64,000 nt of DNA from Mytilus edulis. Its lineage: Eukaryota. Positions 53,666-64,000 of this stretch are shown here, piece by piece (the first letter of the stretch is position 1; each line of letters opens with the position of its first letter). The stretch is from positions 3,596,001-3,660,000 of the forward strand of contig NC_092348.1 of assembly GCF_963676685.1 (NCBI RefSeq), in the 5' to 3' direction. The notes below the pieces were generated by a model that searched no databases, was not told the origin of the DNA, and was given only the letters and a program-made list of their open reading frames with translations. Position numbers and translations under genes: made by a program.

Positions 53666-54272
53666 TCATAATAAAATTAGTTGAAAACAGCAAAGGAACG
53701 ATGGACATAATAGTAGGGTAACATTTAGTTTTTCTATCATATTTCTACAGTTGTTTGCAGTACACTGTTTAGGAAAATAAATAACTCCGGTTTGCATTGT
53801 GCATTTGAAAATTATACTTCATATTTAACGAAAAAACAATTTCACAGTAGTTGAATCAGCCACCTTCTACATAAGGAAAAGCAGGCACCAAGTCAGGAAA
53901 ATGACAGTTGTTCTACATTCGTTTAATGTGTTTGAGCTTGAGAATATGCCATTTTTTTCTATTGAGTTAAATATATTTTGCATCAATAAATTTTTTAAAC
54001 CTTCATAAAGTGAAAAACATGATCACGGAGTAGCATGTTATATATTAATTTTAAGCCCTGAAGTTGATGCTATTTTTTTTCTTTCTTTTTCAGGACGTAT
54101 TCTTGCGATAATATAAACGAAAAAAAATAACAACCGAATTTGAAGTTATATTGATTTTTTTAACAACATGAAACTTATGGTCACAAACAACTGACTAAGA
54201 TCTAAATACGTGCAACAAAATTGGAAAAAATAAAACCATAAACTTGATGGAAGTTAAGTAAAACCAAAAAAA

Positions 54273-54489
54273 ATGGCATCACTTTCACCAGAAGAAGAAA
54301 ACTTTGTGAGACTTAACTTGTTACTGACAGGAATTTCTCCTCGCGCAGTGCGTACCTTGTTTGATTATGAATTTGCTCCAGTTTGTCTAGATGCAACACT
54401 GAAGAAAGAGTTCAACAAACTGAGAGATCTTCAAAAGAAACGTGTAATTAATCAGTCGCAGTGGAACTTACTGACCCCAAGGTTTCCTG
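54273..54489 (+). CDS. NLR-like gene copy 2: first coding exon (N-half of DZIP3-type HEPN)
   Basis: AAAATGG start context; MASLSPEEENFVRLNLLLTGISPRAVRTLFDYEF...INQSQWNLLTPRFP; GTAAGT donor at 54490 (phase 1); candidate acceptor TTTTTCAG at 54093 implies an upstream non-coding exon. Confidence 0.85.
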
Positions 54490-55846
54490 GTAAGTACATA
54501 TAAACCGGGTTATTGCCTTACTTACTCAATCTTTTGTTTTCTATGTTGTGTTTTGTTTACTATTGTTTGTCTCTTGGTATTTTTTTGTTTTTAGCCATGG
54601 CGTTGTTAGTTTATTTTCGACTTGGAAGTTTAAATGTCCCTTTGGAATGTTTCGTATCTCTTTTATCCCTACATTTCTTGGTAAGTATGTAGAATTATAC
54701 AAGTCATAGTGGAACTAATTTATCCCTAGACTTCCTGGTGAGTTCAGAGACACAAGCAGCTAAATGATAGTTACAGTAGAAATAACTTTTCGCTAGATTT
54801 CGTTGTTAGCACCGTCAAAAATTTTAAATATCAAATATCTACGTATAGTGGTATCAGTTAATATTTTTGCAATCAAAATTCATCAGAAATCTAGGAAAAG
54901 TTGTAAAAGAGAGGCGAATATAAATAAATAAAACAGTTACAAGGACAACAACTTACGATGTTGTTGACATGTTACAAAGACATAAACATGATATGTTCAT
55001 TTTATTTTAATTTCGTTAGAGTGCATATAAATTGAACTAAAAATGCACATATAAAGGCCATCTAATGTAGATCAGAATTGGAAATGCCAGGAACTAATAA
55101 ATGATGGTATAATAAGGTTTTTTTTTGTTCCATTCAGATAACATATGCTATCTATAACAACTTAATTGTACATTTTGTTGCTATTTCATCTAGGCGTACA
55201 AAATTTGTCTATGATGAGTTTATTTCCGTATTGTTCAGGAACCTTTTTACAAATGAAGAACATAAATCTTTTTTTTTATTAACAACATAATAATATTTAT
55301 TTATCTAATCTTGTTTGTTACAAATTTAACCAAGAGTCCTACAACGTAAATCTTCTTAATAAAGGCAACAGTAGTATACCGCTGTTCGGTAGTCATAAAT
55401 CGATTGAAAGGGGGAAAATCAGGGGAAGACGAAACGCGCGATTGGCGTACTAGATCATAATCCTGGTACCTTTAATAACTATTTACAAACCAATACTGAA
55501 GGAAACACATCAACTATAAGATGAAAACAACGAAACAATAGAAACAAAAAGTGCAACAAAAAACAAAACTTCAATGCAACAAAATATACTCATGGACCGA
55601 GCATCTCGCGCTTTTGTGTAAATTTTGAATATAACACTAAAATGACAACGTTACATGACAGGACTACAGTAAAAATAAATGCAAGAACATTCAGGACAGA
55701 AATATACACAACTAAACATTACAATAGGACATTTCGACATGCTAATAATAATTAAAGGTACCAGGCTGATAGTTTAATACACCATACGTACAAACTTACA
55801 AACTTCTATAGATACTGCTGTACTTATATATTATTATTTCCCCCAG

Positions 55847-56076
55847 ATTCTCCAGATTCCAAGAACTTTGATGTTACTCTAATGAGTTTACTTCTAAGAA
55901 ATCTCACAACAATAGCCCCTCCTCATGGAGGGTATGACAATTTGCCTTCATCATCAGAAACGACACCTGCTGCTGACTTGGCCAGAATAAAGTATTACAG
56001 AAATGTCCTCGCTCATCTAGATGATGGTAATATACAGAATACCGAGTTTTCCGCAGCATGGGATGATATTACTGGT
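55847..56076 (+). CDS. NLR-like gene copy 2: second coding exon (HEPN core with RNVLAH)
   Basis: CCCCAG acceptor, in frame with exon 1; DSKNFDVTLMSLLLRNL...ADLARIKYYRNVLAH...AWDDITG; GTAAGC donor at 56077 (phase 0). Confidence 0.88.
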
Positions 56077-56185
56077 GTAAGCAGCATTTAATTCATATTT
56101 TTCTAGTTAAAATTTTTTGTTATGGTCATGATAATATAATTCTGTGTTGTATATATTGAACATAGGGATACTACTATTGTCTTGA

Positions 56186-56420
56186 TAGTTATCAAAGGTA
56201 CCAGGATTATAATTTAGTACGCCAGACGCGCGTTTCATCTACATAAGACTCATCAGTGACGTTCACATCAAAATATTTATAAAGCCAAACTAGTACAAAG
56301 TTGAAGAGCATTTAGGATCCAAAGATTCAAAAAAGTTGTGTCAAATACGGCTAAGGTAATTTATGCCTGGGATAAAAAAAAATCCTAAGTATTTCGAAAA
56401 ATTCAAAGTTTCTTAAATTA
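56186..56420 (-). mobile_element. Partial retrozyme (TATGT-loop subfamily) with a hammerhead at 56219-56262, antisense in intron 2
   Basis: Minus strand ACGTCA-CTGATGA-GTCTTATGTAGAT-GAAA-CGCGCG-TC-TGGCGT; the stem II closing pair is G-U. Confidence 0.8.
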
Positions 56421-57990
56421 TAGATAAGACATCAAGAAATAAGAAATAGCTTTAGATCGATATAAAAAGATGTGGTATGATTGTCAATGAGACATAGTCA
56501 CAATTTGTATAAGTAACCCATTTAAAAGTGTGTTTAGGTAAAATAGCATTTTCACTCATTGCCCTCACGCGGTATTATTTTTTTTTTTTTTTATCTTTCT
56601 AACGTTCAATTTTTTATTCATGTTGAAATATCAAGATATGATATAGCACAGGGTTGAAAATTGAAACAGACACACAGTTAACGAGTTCTAGTTACATTAA
56701 TGCCCCCATGAAATTTTAATGTCTGAAATAGTCTAACGATTATTCAACTTTAGAAAATAAAATTGTCCTAAATTTCATATGTGGTGCAATGACGATAAAT
56801 GGCTTTGAACTGATCAAAATTTGTTGTTATCTGTGAGACAGATATTCCTAAACTGTTAACCAAATCTTAGTGGCAGTCAGAGAACTGTCGAAAGGGAACA
56901 TAAACTCTACCAGGGAACTTTGGTTCAAACGCTTCATTTCTTTAAATCCTTTATAGATTTGGAAAATCGTGTGACGAAAAAATGCCAATACTACTCACAT
57001 CTGTTTACTACCCTTTTTGTCAAAATTACTGTTCTAGGTAAGGTGCACAAGCAAACAATGTTAACAACGCCACATCCATGTTAGTTTTTTCGTTTGAATT
57101 GTTTACATTGTCATTTCGGACCTTTTATAGCTGACTATGCGGTATAGGCTTTGCTCATTGTTGAAGGCCGTACGGTGACCTATAGTTATTAATTTCTGTG
57201 TCATTTTGGTATCTTGTGGAGAGTTGTCTCATTGGCAATCATACCACATCTTCTTTTTAATACATTAAGTATGTTCCCGTTACATATCAGGCGCCTGTAA
57301 TTCAGTGGTTGTCGTTCGCTTCTATAAATCATATTTGTTGTTCATTTATTGTTTTATATCAGTAATCCGATTGTTAGGTTTTTTTTCATGTGGATGGTTT
57401 TACTTTTGTATTTTTGGGGTAACTTAATGTAGCAGGAGCAATTCTGCTGGAGATTCGGGGTTGCGAACCACAGCTTGTAGACTTCTACTCAAGTTGAAAA
57501 CAGGTTAAACAGGAAATGATGTATTTTCCATAAGTACCAAAATTTCACAAAAAAAAATTCATTGTAACGATAAGCGAAATAATTTACTTTGGAGATGCAA
57601 ATGGATAAATTTGGACTACTTTGTTTTATATTTTAATGTGTGGATGCATCATGTCAAAGTCTTATTGCATTTTAGTTAATGTGTTTAGAGATTGTAAGTA
57701 ATAAGATTTCTATAAAAAGCAAAACTCGTAAATCAAAGAATACAAAGTCGATTACATGTGAATTAGTTCCTCTCTTGGTATGATTCTTATTTTGTGGGCT
57801 CCAACTGTCAAAAGTCCCTTTAAAGTGTAAGCGAAAACAAGAGATAATGTCGTTGATGTAACGGCTCTCATGTGCCTCCCTTTCATGAACAAATTATTTT
57901 ATTATTTAAATTTTTACATGTAGTTACCACTTGTGTTCATGATTTTGATGAAAAATATTTATCCATGCATACTCCTTTGTACAATTGTAG

Positions 57991-58180
57991 GCCATTAGTA
58001 GATTAGGTGGGCAACATATGAAGCAGGAGTGTGACAATTTGAGAACCAAAACTCTTGACCAAAGTAATCGAGAAATAATGCTAGATATCAAGCATTCAAA
58101 TGATGAAATAAGAGAGTTAAAGCAGTCAGTAGAGATTTTGAAAAAAGTCAGTGAAGATACAGTACCTTGGAATGTTAGAG
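57991..58180 (+). CDS. NLR-like gene copy 2: third coding exon (coiled coil)
   Basis: TTGTAG acceptor, GTAAGG donor at 58181; AISRLGGQHMKQECDNLRTKTLDQ...VPWNVR; paralogous to 6631-6820. Confidence 0.9.
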
Positions 58181-59889
58181 GTAAGGCTATTTTGATTTAT
58201 GTAGGAAAGTTTCTACAAGGAAAATCACAGAATACGAAACATATAAAATTATTAACTTTTGGTGTCAGCATAAACAATTAAAACTTTGTAATTCAGAAAG
58301 GAAAATACGTCATGCTTTGTATGCAGTTACCTAGTTTTGCGAAGTTTTTGTCTGTCATATGTTCTTTCATGTTCAGAGACTGCTTGAATGTATTTTTTAG
58401 TGTTTTTGTCATGTGAAATACGCATTGATGATGTGAAATTGAATTTATATAGTTGGAATATGTGATCCTTGCAAATTCTAAATGTCCGTCTTTCAAGGTA
58501 TATCCGGTGTCGTCTTCATTTTGTGGTCAGTGATCAATGTCAAGTTTTTGTGCTCAAGTCGTTATCAACTATATTTGTTCCATGGAATAATCTTAACAGG
58601 TACGACTGATTCGCGACCCCAACCTAAGCTCTAAGCTAGTATAGTTTTGTTTGTTACCATGAAACTATAATCTGTCTGTTAACTATATTTGTTGTACGGC
58701 AGGATTGTATGAGATGCATGTCTCATTTGCAGGGTGATTATTTCTTTTTCGCATGCTATCAAGAGTTAGTCTGACAATATGAGGTGTATAGTATGAATGC
58801 GATCATGATAACTACATATGTAAAACCGTCAAACATTTAGTTTGTGCACTCTTGTGCTTACTGCTCACTGAACAATGGTTGTACTGTGAAAGACAAGTGG
58901 TAATTATGAAGCTCTATTAATATTTGGATGTCGGTTTAATATCATGAAGTATCAGAGTAGTTATCAAAAGTTCCATGGAATGTTAGATAACAACAAATTC
59001 TTGGAATAGATCTAGTCTTCAATTATTGTAGATACTGTTGATTTTAAACGATCTTAATAACTAGGAGTATAGTGTTATATCTATATATATAATAATTGTT
59101 ACCTAAAAATACCAGAAATAAGCAACGTTACCTCATAGGTTAACCTTTTGCATATTAGAAATTAACAAATTATAGGTCATCATTGATTCCTATGTATGAT
59201 AGATGTAAGGCTTAGAATGCTCTTCAACTTTGTAATAGTTTACCTTTATAACTATTTTAATGTGAGCGTCACTGATTATGTAGACGAAACGTGCGTCTGG
59301 CGTATTAAATTGTAAGAACGATCCCTTTGATTATTATAAGAAGTTTTTAAATGGCAGAATTTGCACGCTGATTTGTGTCGATATCATGGCAAGTTTAAAA
59401 TGATTTTTGGAAACATGTAAAGTTAAATGTTAAGATTTGGAGGTTTATGTTAAACGAAAAACACTACTTACAATCACTATTAGATGTTTATAGCAATAAC
59501 TTGCTTTTTAAAAATTGCTTCAAATTGAACACTTTCTTATAATACACATAAAAGTTTAATACGAACAAGCACAACACATAACAGCAACACTATTAATAAA
59601 AAAACAAATCATACATAGAGGGTATCATATGGTATTTTATAAAGGACAAGCTAATATACAGGTCCGAGACTGCTATTATTTCGTAGTGCATTTCTTTTAG
59701 AACATAAATGAAAATTTAAAAAAAAATCACCTGCGGTTTCTCAATAATTTTTTTACAGTGTGTTTTACTACTTATGGGACAAATTATATCAAAATTATAG
59801 AAAACCTCATCGGCTCTAACTCAAAATATGGACAATATTATGTTTAGGGGGTCTTGAAATCTTTTGACAGCTTCAAAAGTGCAAATTTC

Positions 59890-60063
59890 TGTATTTGGCA
59901 AAACTTTTAGGAATTTTGGTCCTCAATGCTCTTTAACTTCGTACTTTATTTGGCATTTTTAACTTTTTTTGGATTCGAGCGTCACTGATGAGTCTTTTGT
60001 AGACGAAACGCGCGTCTGGCGTATATACAAAGTTTAGTCCTGGTATATATGATGAGTTTATTT
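59890..60063 (+). mobile_element. Partial retrozyme (TTTGT-loop subfamily), sense orientation in intron 3 of copy 2
   Basis: Reverse complement of about 22146-22315; interrupts another repeat. Confidence 0.85.
59979..60022 (+). ncRNA. Type I hammerhead ribozyme, intact core
   Basis: GCGTCA-CTGATGA-GTCT(TTTGT)AGAC-GAAA-CGCGCG-TC-TGGCGT; predicted cleavage after 60016. Confidence 0.88.
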
Positions 60064-60491
60064 TCTCACCTTTTTCAGCTGGACCAAATAACTACTTCCC
60101 TTTAAAATTCTGGACCCATTTTTTTTCAATGTAATTTTAGCCCCTACTTGCAATTTGAGGCATAAAACATGGAGAAATAAATTTGGAAGGGGATACAAAA
60201 AATTGGCAAGTAACCCACTGTCAACAATAGGGTCTACATTCGTGGAAAATGAAAATCAAGGGACGACAATTGTGGTCTAGGACCTAACAACATAAGTAGT
60301 TTCTTATAAACTAACTCGTAATAGATACCACGATAAATATTTTGTACGCCAGACGAGTGTGTCTTCTAAAAAAAACCTCATCAGTGGTGCGATTGTTTCT
60401 AGTGTAACAAGTTATCATATTTCCTTAAGAACAATAAACACTTAAATGCAACTTGATTGCAATTCTTTAGTTTTCTATATTATGTCATGTA

Positions 60492-60943
60492 TATGGAACG
60501 GGGACCCAATTATTTGCCCCATTGGAACGCATTAAAAATCATAGTAAATACATAGGGTCTTATTCAATAAAGAATGTTGATAGCCACCTTGGGACTTCTG
60601 GTTCATGTTAGGCATTCATTTTGAAGTGTCTAAGTACAATCTCAGTGCCTCATGACCGGCATTCCGTTGCAACATTTTGTTTTTATTGACAACAGGGTCA
60701 GTCTGTCTACTTCCGGGGAAAAATAAAGGCTAGAATTTAGGCAATTTACTCTATGTACCGACGCCAGATTACATTTACAGAAATTCAAACTAGAAAGCCT
60801 ACCCTTTCAAATAAATCTACATTCAGTTACAGAACTAGTGAAATAATAACACTATACAATTTATAACAAAAGTTATATATTTTTTTTAAGAACTACATTC
60901 GTGGGTACCGGACTGGTTGCCCTAACTGGGATCCTATTCCATA
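60492..60943. mobile_element. MITE-like element inserted in a Penelope-like tail fragment
   Basis: Imperfect 21-bp inverted termini TATGGAACGGGGACCCAATTA / TAACTGGGATCCTATTCCATA flanked by TA; the host repeat resumes at about 60945. Confidence 0.6.
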
Positions 60944-62463
60944 TACTATTGTTTGTCTGTTTGTCTTTCTCATTTTTAGCCATGGCGTTGTCAGTTTATT
61001 TTTGATTTATGAGTGTAGCTGTCCCTATGGTATCTTTCGTCCCTTTAGAGACCCCACTTTCAGATTCAGTACAAGGCTTAAATCTCCGACAGACAACACT
61101 GTAATGTTTTGTTTATATGACGGCTTTAAATGTATCCGTTTCCTCATTTGTTATAAATCTGCAACAAAAATATTATTTTCAAAATGTGCAACCTAGATAT
61201 GACTAAAACTGATACTGAATTTTATGGTAAATTCTAAATAGGTTGAGATTAATTTAGATTAGCATGGGCCATGTTATACTGTTCAAACTACTTTGCTGGA
61301 CGTTATAGTTTCTACGTTATTAACTTTAAAAACGTTTTCAGCTTTTTGAATTAGCGATGAAATAGGTTAAGTTAAAGGTACACATCTCATACGCTAACTT
61401 TACATAGATTGTGGTACTGGAGAAGAAACAAACTTCTCTTAATACAGTAACATTTACAGATAAAAACATTCAAATGCATTCACTTATAAACCTGTATAAA
61501 ATAATTATCAGATTTGATAAAGGACAAGGTTCACTTATGGCACAAAATGACCTAAAATATCTACTTTGTCATAGAACACCAGAGAGGTCACAAATAGGTT
61601 CGTTAATGGGTCTATTTCAAAAGCCTTAATGCTAAATAAATCAGTTCTTTACATAAAAGTACATGATATTCTCCAAAGTTAGACCATTTTGAACATTTTG
61701 TCAAAACATGATGATTTTGTACAATTTTTATATCTAAAAGTTTAAAAACACTTTGGCCGCCACCTACGATCCAAAATATTTTGTTACCAAAAGATTCCAA
61801 ATTTGATATAGAATTCATCAATACAATTTTTTGGATCTTGGACGGCGGACAAGGATAATTATGACAAAAACAATAACCAAAATGGTAAAAATTTACGATT
61901 TAAAAAAATAAAAAAAAATTTAGGGCCAATTTCGTGAACCTTCTCCTTTATTCTCTTTTTTATCTATTAACTACTCAATAACGAAATTGAAAAGGGAATT
62001 GAACTGACCTTGGCATTGATCAAACACAGTTTCCTTCTATAGTTTTAATAAGATACGATGTAAAATGGACATACCTAAGTAGAGAATACATTGGCTAAAA
62101 AGGTAACATTGCCCCAAAGACTCTGATTTCTTAATGCATGCTTCTGTTTCAAGACACAAAATACGTGTTTACTTTTGTCATGACACTTTTTCAGTAAATT
62201 TAGAGGGTTTGTAATCAAACACAATCACATGCTATGCAAGTTTTTTTCTTTCTCCACTTGCCAATGATTCCCATTTAATCATAGGTTTCGTATCAGAATA
62301 TTTCTTTCATGAAAACTGGTTAACATGTATCTAACATTTAATATACATAAAAGGTGTAAAAAAAATTTCAATGAAATTAAATGTTGTTTTATTACAGAGG
62401 GAAACATTGAGTCATTAAAATAAATTTCAAACTTGATAATGTAAACATTTTATTGTATTATAG

Positions 62464-63518
62464 CACAAATCAAACAGATACTTGAAGACTGGAAGGAAAC
62501 GGATCAAATATATGTAAACACCAATGGAGCTGACTATGCACTAAAATGTATAAAGGAGAAGAGTTGTGTAGTTATAACTGCAAGTTCTGGTGTAGGGAAG
62601 ACAGCAACTCTCCGACATGTGGCTTTACAGATGGCAGATAAGGGATACGATATTCTTTTGGTGAATGATCCAGGTGACATTGTCAAGTTTTACAATCCAA
62701 AGCAGAAAACATTGTTTGTGATAGATGATTTATGCGGAAACTATTCTTTCAACCAAATTGACATGAAAATTTGGGAACCTGTGCTGGCACGTTTAGAGGA
62801 AATTCTTCAAACACAAGTGGTAAAGATTATTGTTGCATGTCGATTGCAGGTGTACCAGGATAACAAGTTTGAAACTTTATCTTTATTTAAGTCATGTGTC
62901 TGTAACCTGTTATCAGAGACATTATGTTTGTCGAAGACTGAAAAAAGGTTAATTGCTGAGTTATATCTCAAAACAAAAGCTCCTAAAGTTACTAAATATT
63001 ATGATTTATATGATTGTTTTCCACTGATATGTAAACTGTACCATGACAAATCTGATATGGATATTACAAACTTTTTTCAAAATCCCTTTTCAGTTTACGA
63101 ATCAGAGATTGAGAAGCTGCCAAAGAAAGGATGTAACGCAAAATATGGTGCTTTGGCTTTGTGTGTAATGTTTAACAACAACATAAAGGAAGAATTATTG
63201 ACAGACGATTTAGACGAAGAAACATTAGCTATCATTGAACACACATGTGAGGCATGTAGACTCGACAAAGGGACATCGAGACTTATCTTGAAAGATGAAC
63301 TAGATTCATTAATGCATACATATATAAAAAAGGAACAAAATATTTATAAAAGTATACATGACAAAGTGTTTGACTTTCTAACTTTTCATTTCGGACAGAA
63401 AATAATCCAGTGTTTAATTAAGTATTCACATAAGAGGTTGATCTGTGAAAGATTTCTTTTAGAAAAACAACAAGATTCTGACCAGTTCATAATAGTTGTG
63501 CCTCCTAAGTTCCATTAA
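62464..63518 (+). CDS. NLR-like gene copy 2: fourth coding exon, STAND NTPase up to a premature stop
   Basis: TATAG acceptor at 62462-62463 in frame with exon 3; VITASSGVGKT, LFVIDDLCG, IIVACR; the spliced product would be 563 aa; TAA at 63516-63518 aligns to CAA (Gln) in copy 1. Confidence 0.85.
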
Positions 63519-64000
63519 ATGTACATGGAAAGGTTGGTTAACGACTGGTCAAAGGGAATAGTAAATGAAGTATTTTGTAATACGAATATGAACATTCCTA
63601 AATTCAGGATAAGATTTTTAAGTTTATTGAATAGATTGGACAAATGTTACCAAAGACGTTTAGCACATACCTGTGATTTCGAAAACCAAGATACTGCACT
63701 GTTGTTGTCTTGTTTTGATGGTGATATTCCTATGCTTAGATGGTGTTTTCAACATGAAGTTGATTGTAATGTATATAGAAATGATGAGACAACTCCTTTG
63801 GAGATAGCTGTTCAACAAGGACATACAGAAATAGTAAGGATGTTGTTAGACAGAGGAGTAGATTACAACAAATGTAACAAAGATGGGTGGTCACCTATGA
63901 TGACTGCTTGTAGCAATGGTAATACAGATATAGTCAATGTTTTGTTAGAGAAGGGAGCCGATTATAATACATGTCACAATAATGGTTGGTCTCCTGTAAT
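63519..64000 (+). pseudogene. Open in-frame continuation of copy 2 (linker and first ankyrin repeats) beyond the premature stop
   Basis: MYMERLVNDWSKGIVNEVFC...DTALLLSCFDGD...TTPLEIAVQQGH...WSPMMTACSNG with no further stop up to the window end; closely paralogous to about 10110-10590. Confidence 0.8.

Noticed and set aside
58293-58950. Possible minus-strand coding relic in intron 3 of copy 2
   Set aside because: Short ORF with no recognisable motif or splice support.

Overview
AT-rich, intron-containing animal DNA. The repeat families and gene architecture suggest a bivalve, most likely a Mytilus mussel (inference). The window holds two tandem, same-strand paralogues of a spliced NLR-like gene built as DZIP3-type HEPN (putative RNase, RxxxxH motif), coiled coil, STAND-class P-loop NTPase and a very long ankyrin array. 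Copy 1 (exons 6631-6820 and 9058-15650; HEPN exons not seen in the window) has 54 complete ankyrin repeats, nearly all encoded by 99-bp units, plus about 11 decaying units after the stop codon. Copy 2 (exons 54273-54489, 55847-56076, 57991-58180, 62464->64000) has an intact HEPN motif but a single CAA>TAA stop just before the ankyrin array. The rest is nested mobile DNA: L1/Tx1, CR1/L2 and RTE-X-like LINEs, Penelope-like RT remnants, a Helitron, Helentron-type elements, Kolobok-like and hAT/P-like non-autonomous transposons and a tRNA-derived SINE. There are also about a dozen complete or partial retrozyme copies carrying type I hammerhead ribozymes, including a 355-bp tandem pair and an intact sense-strand ribozyme inside an intron of copy 2. 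An assembly gap lies at 20004-20145. Domain and family names come from motif recognition, not from database searches.
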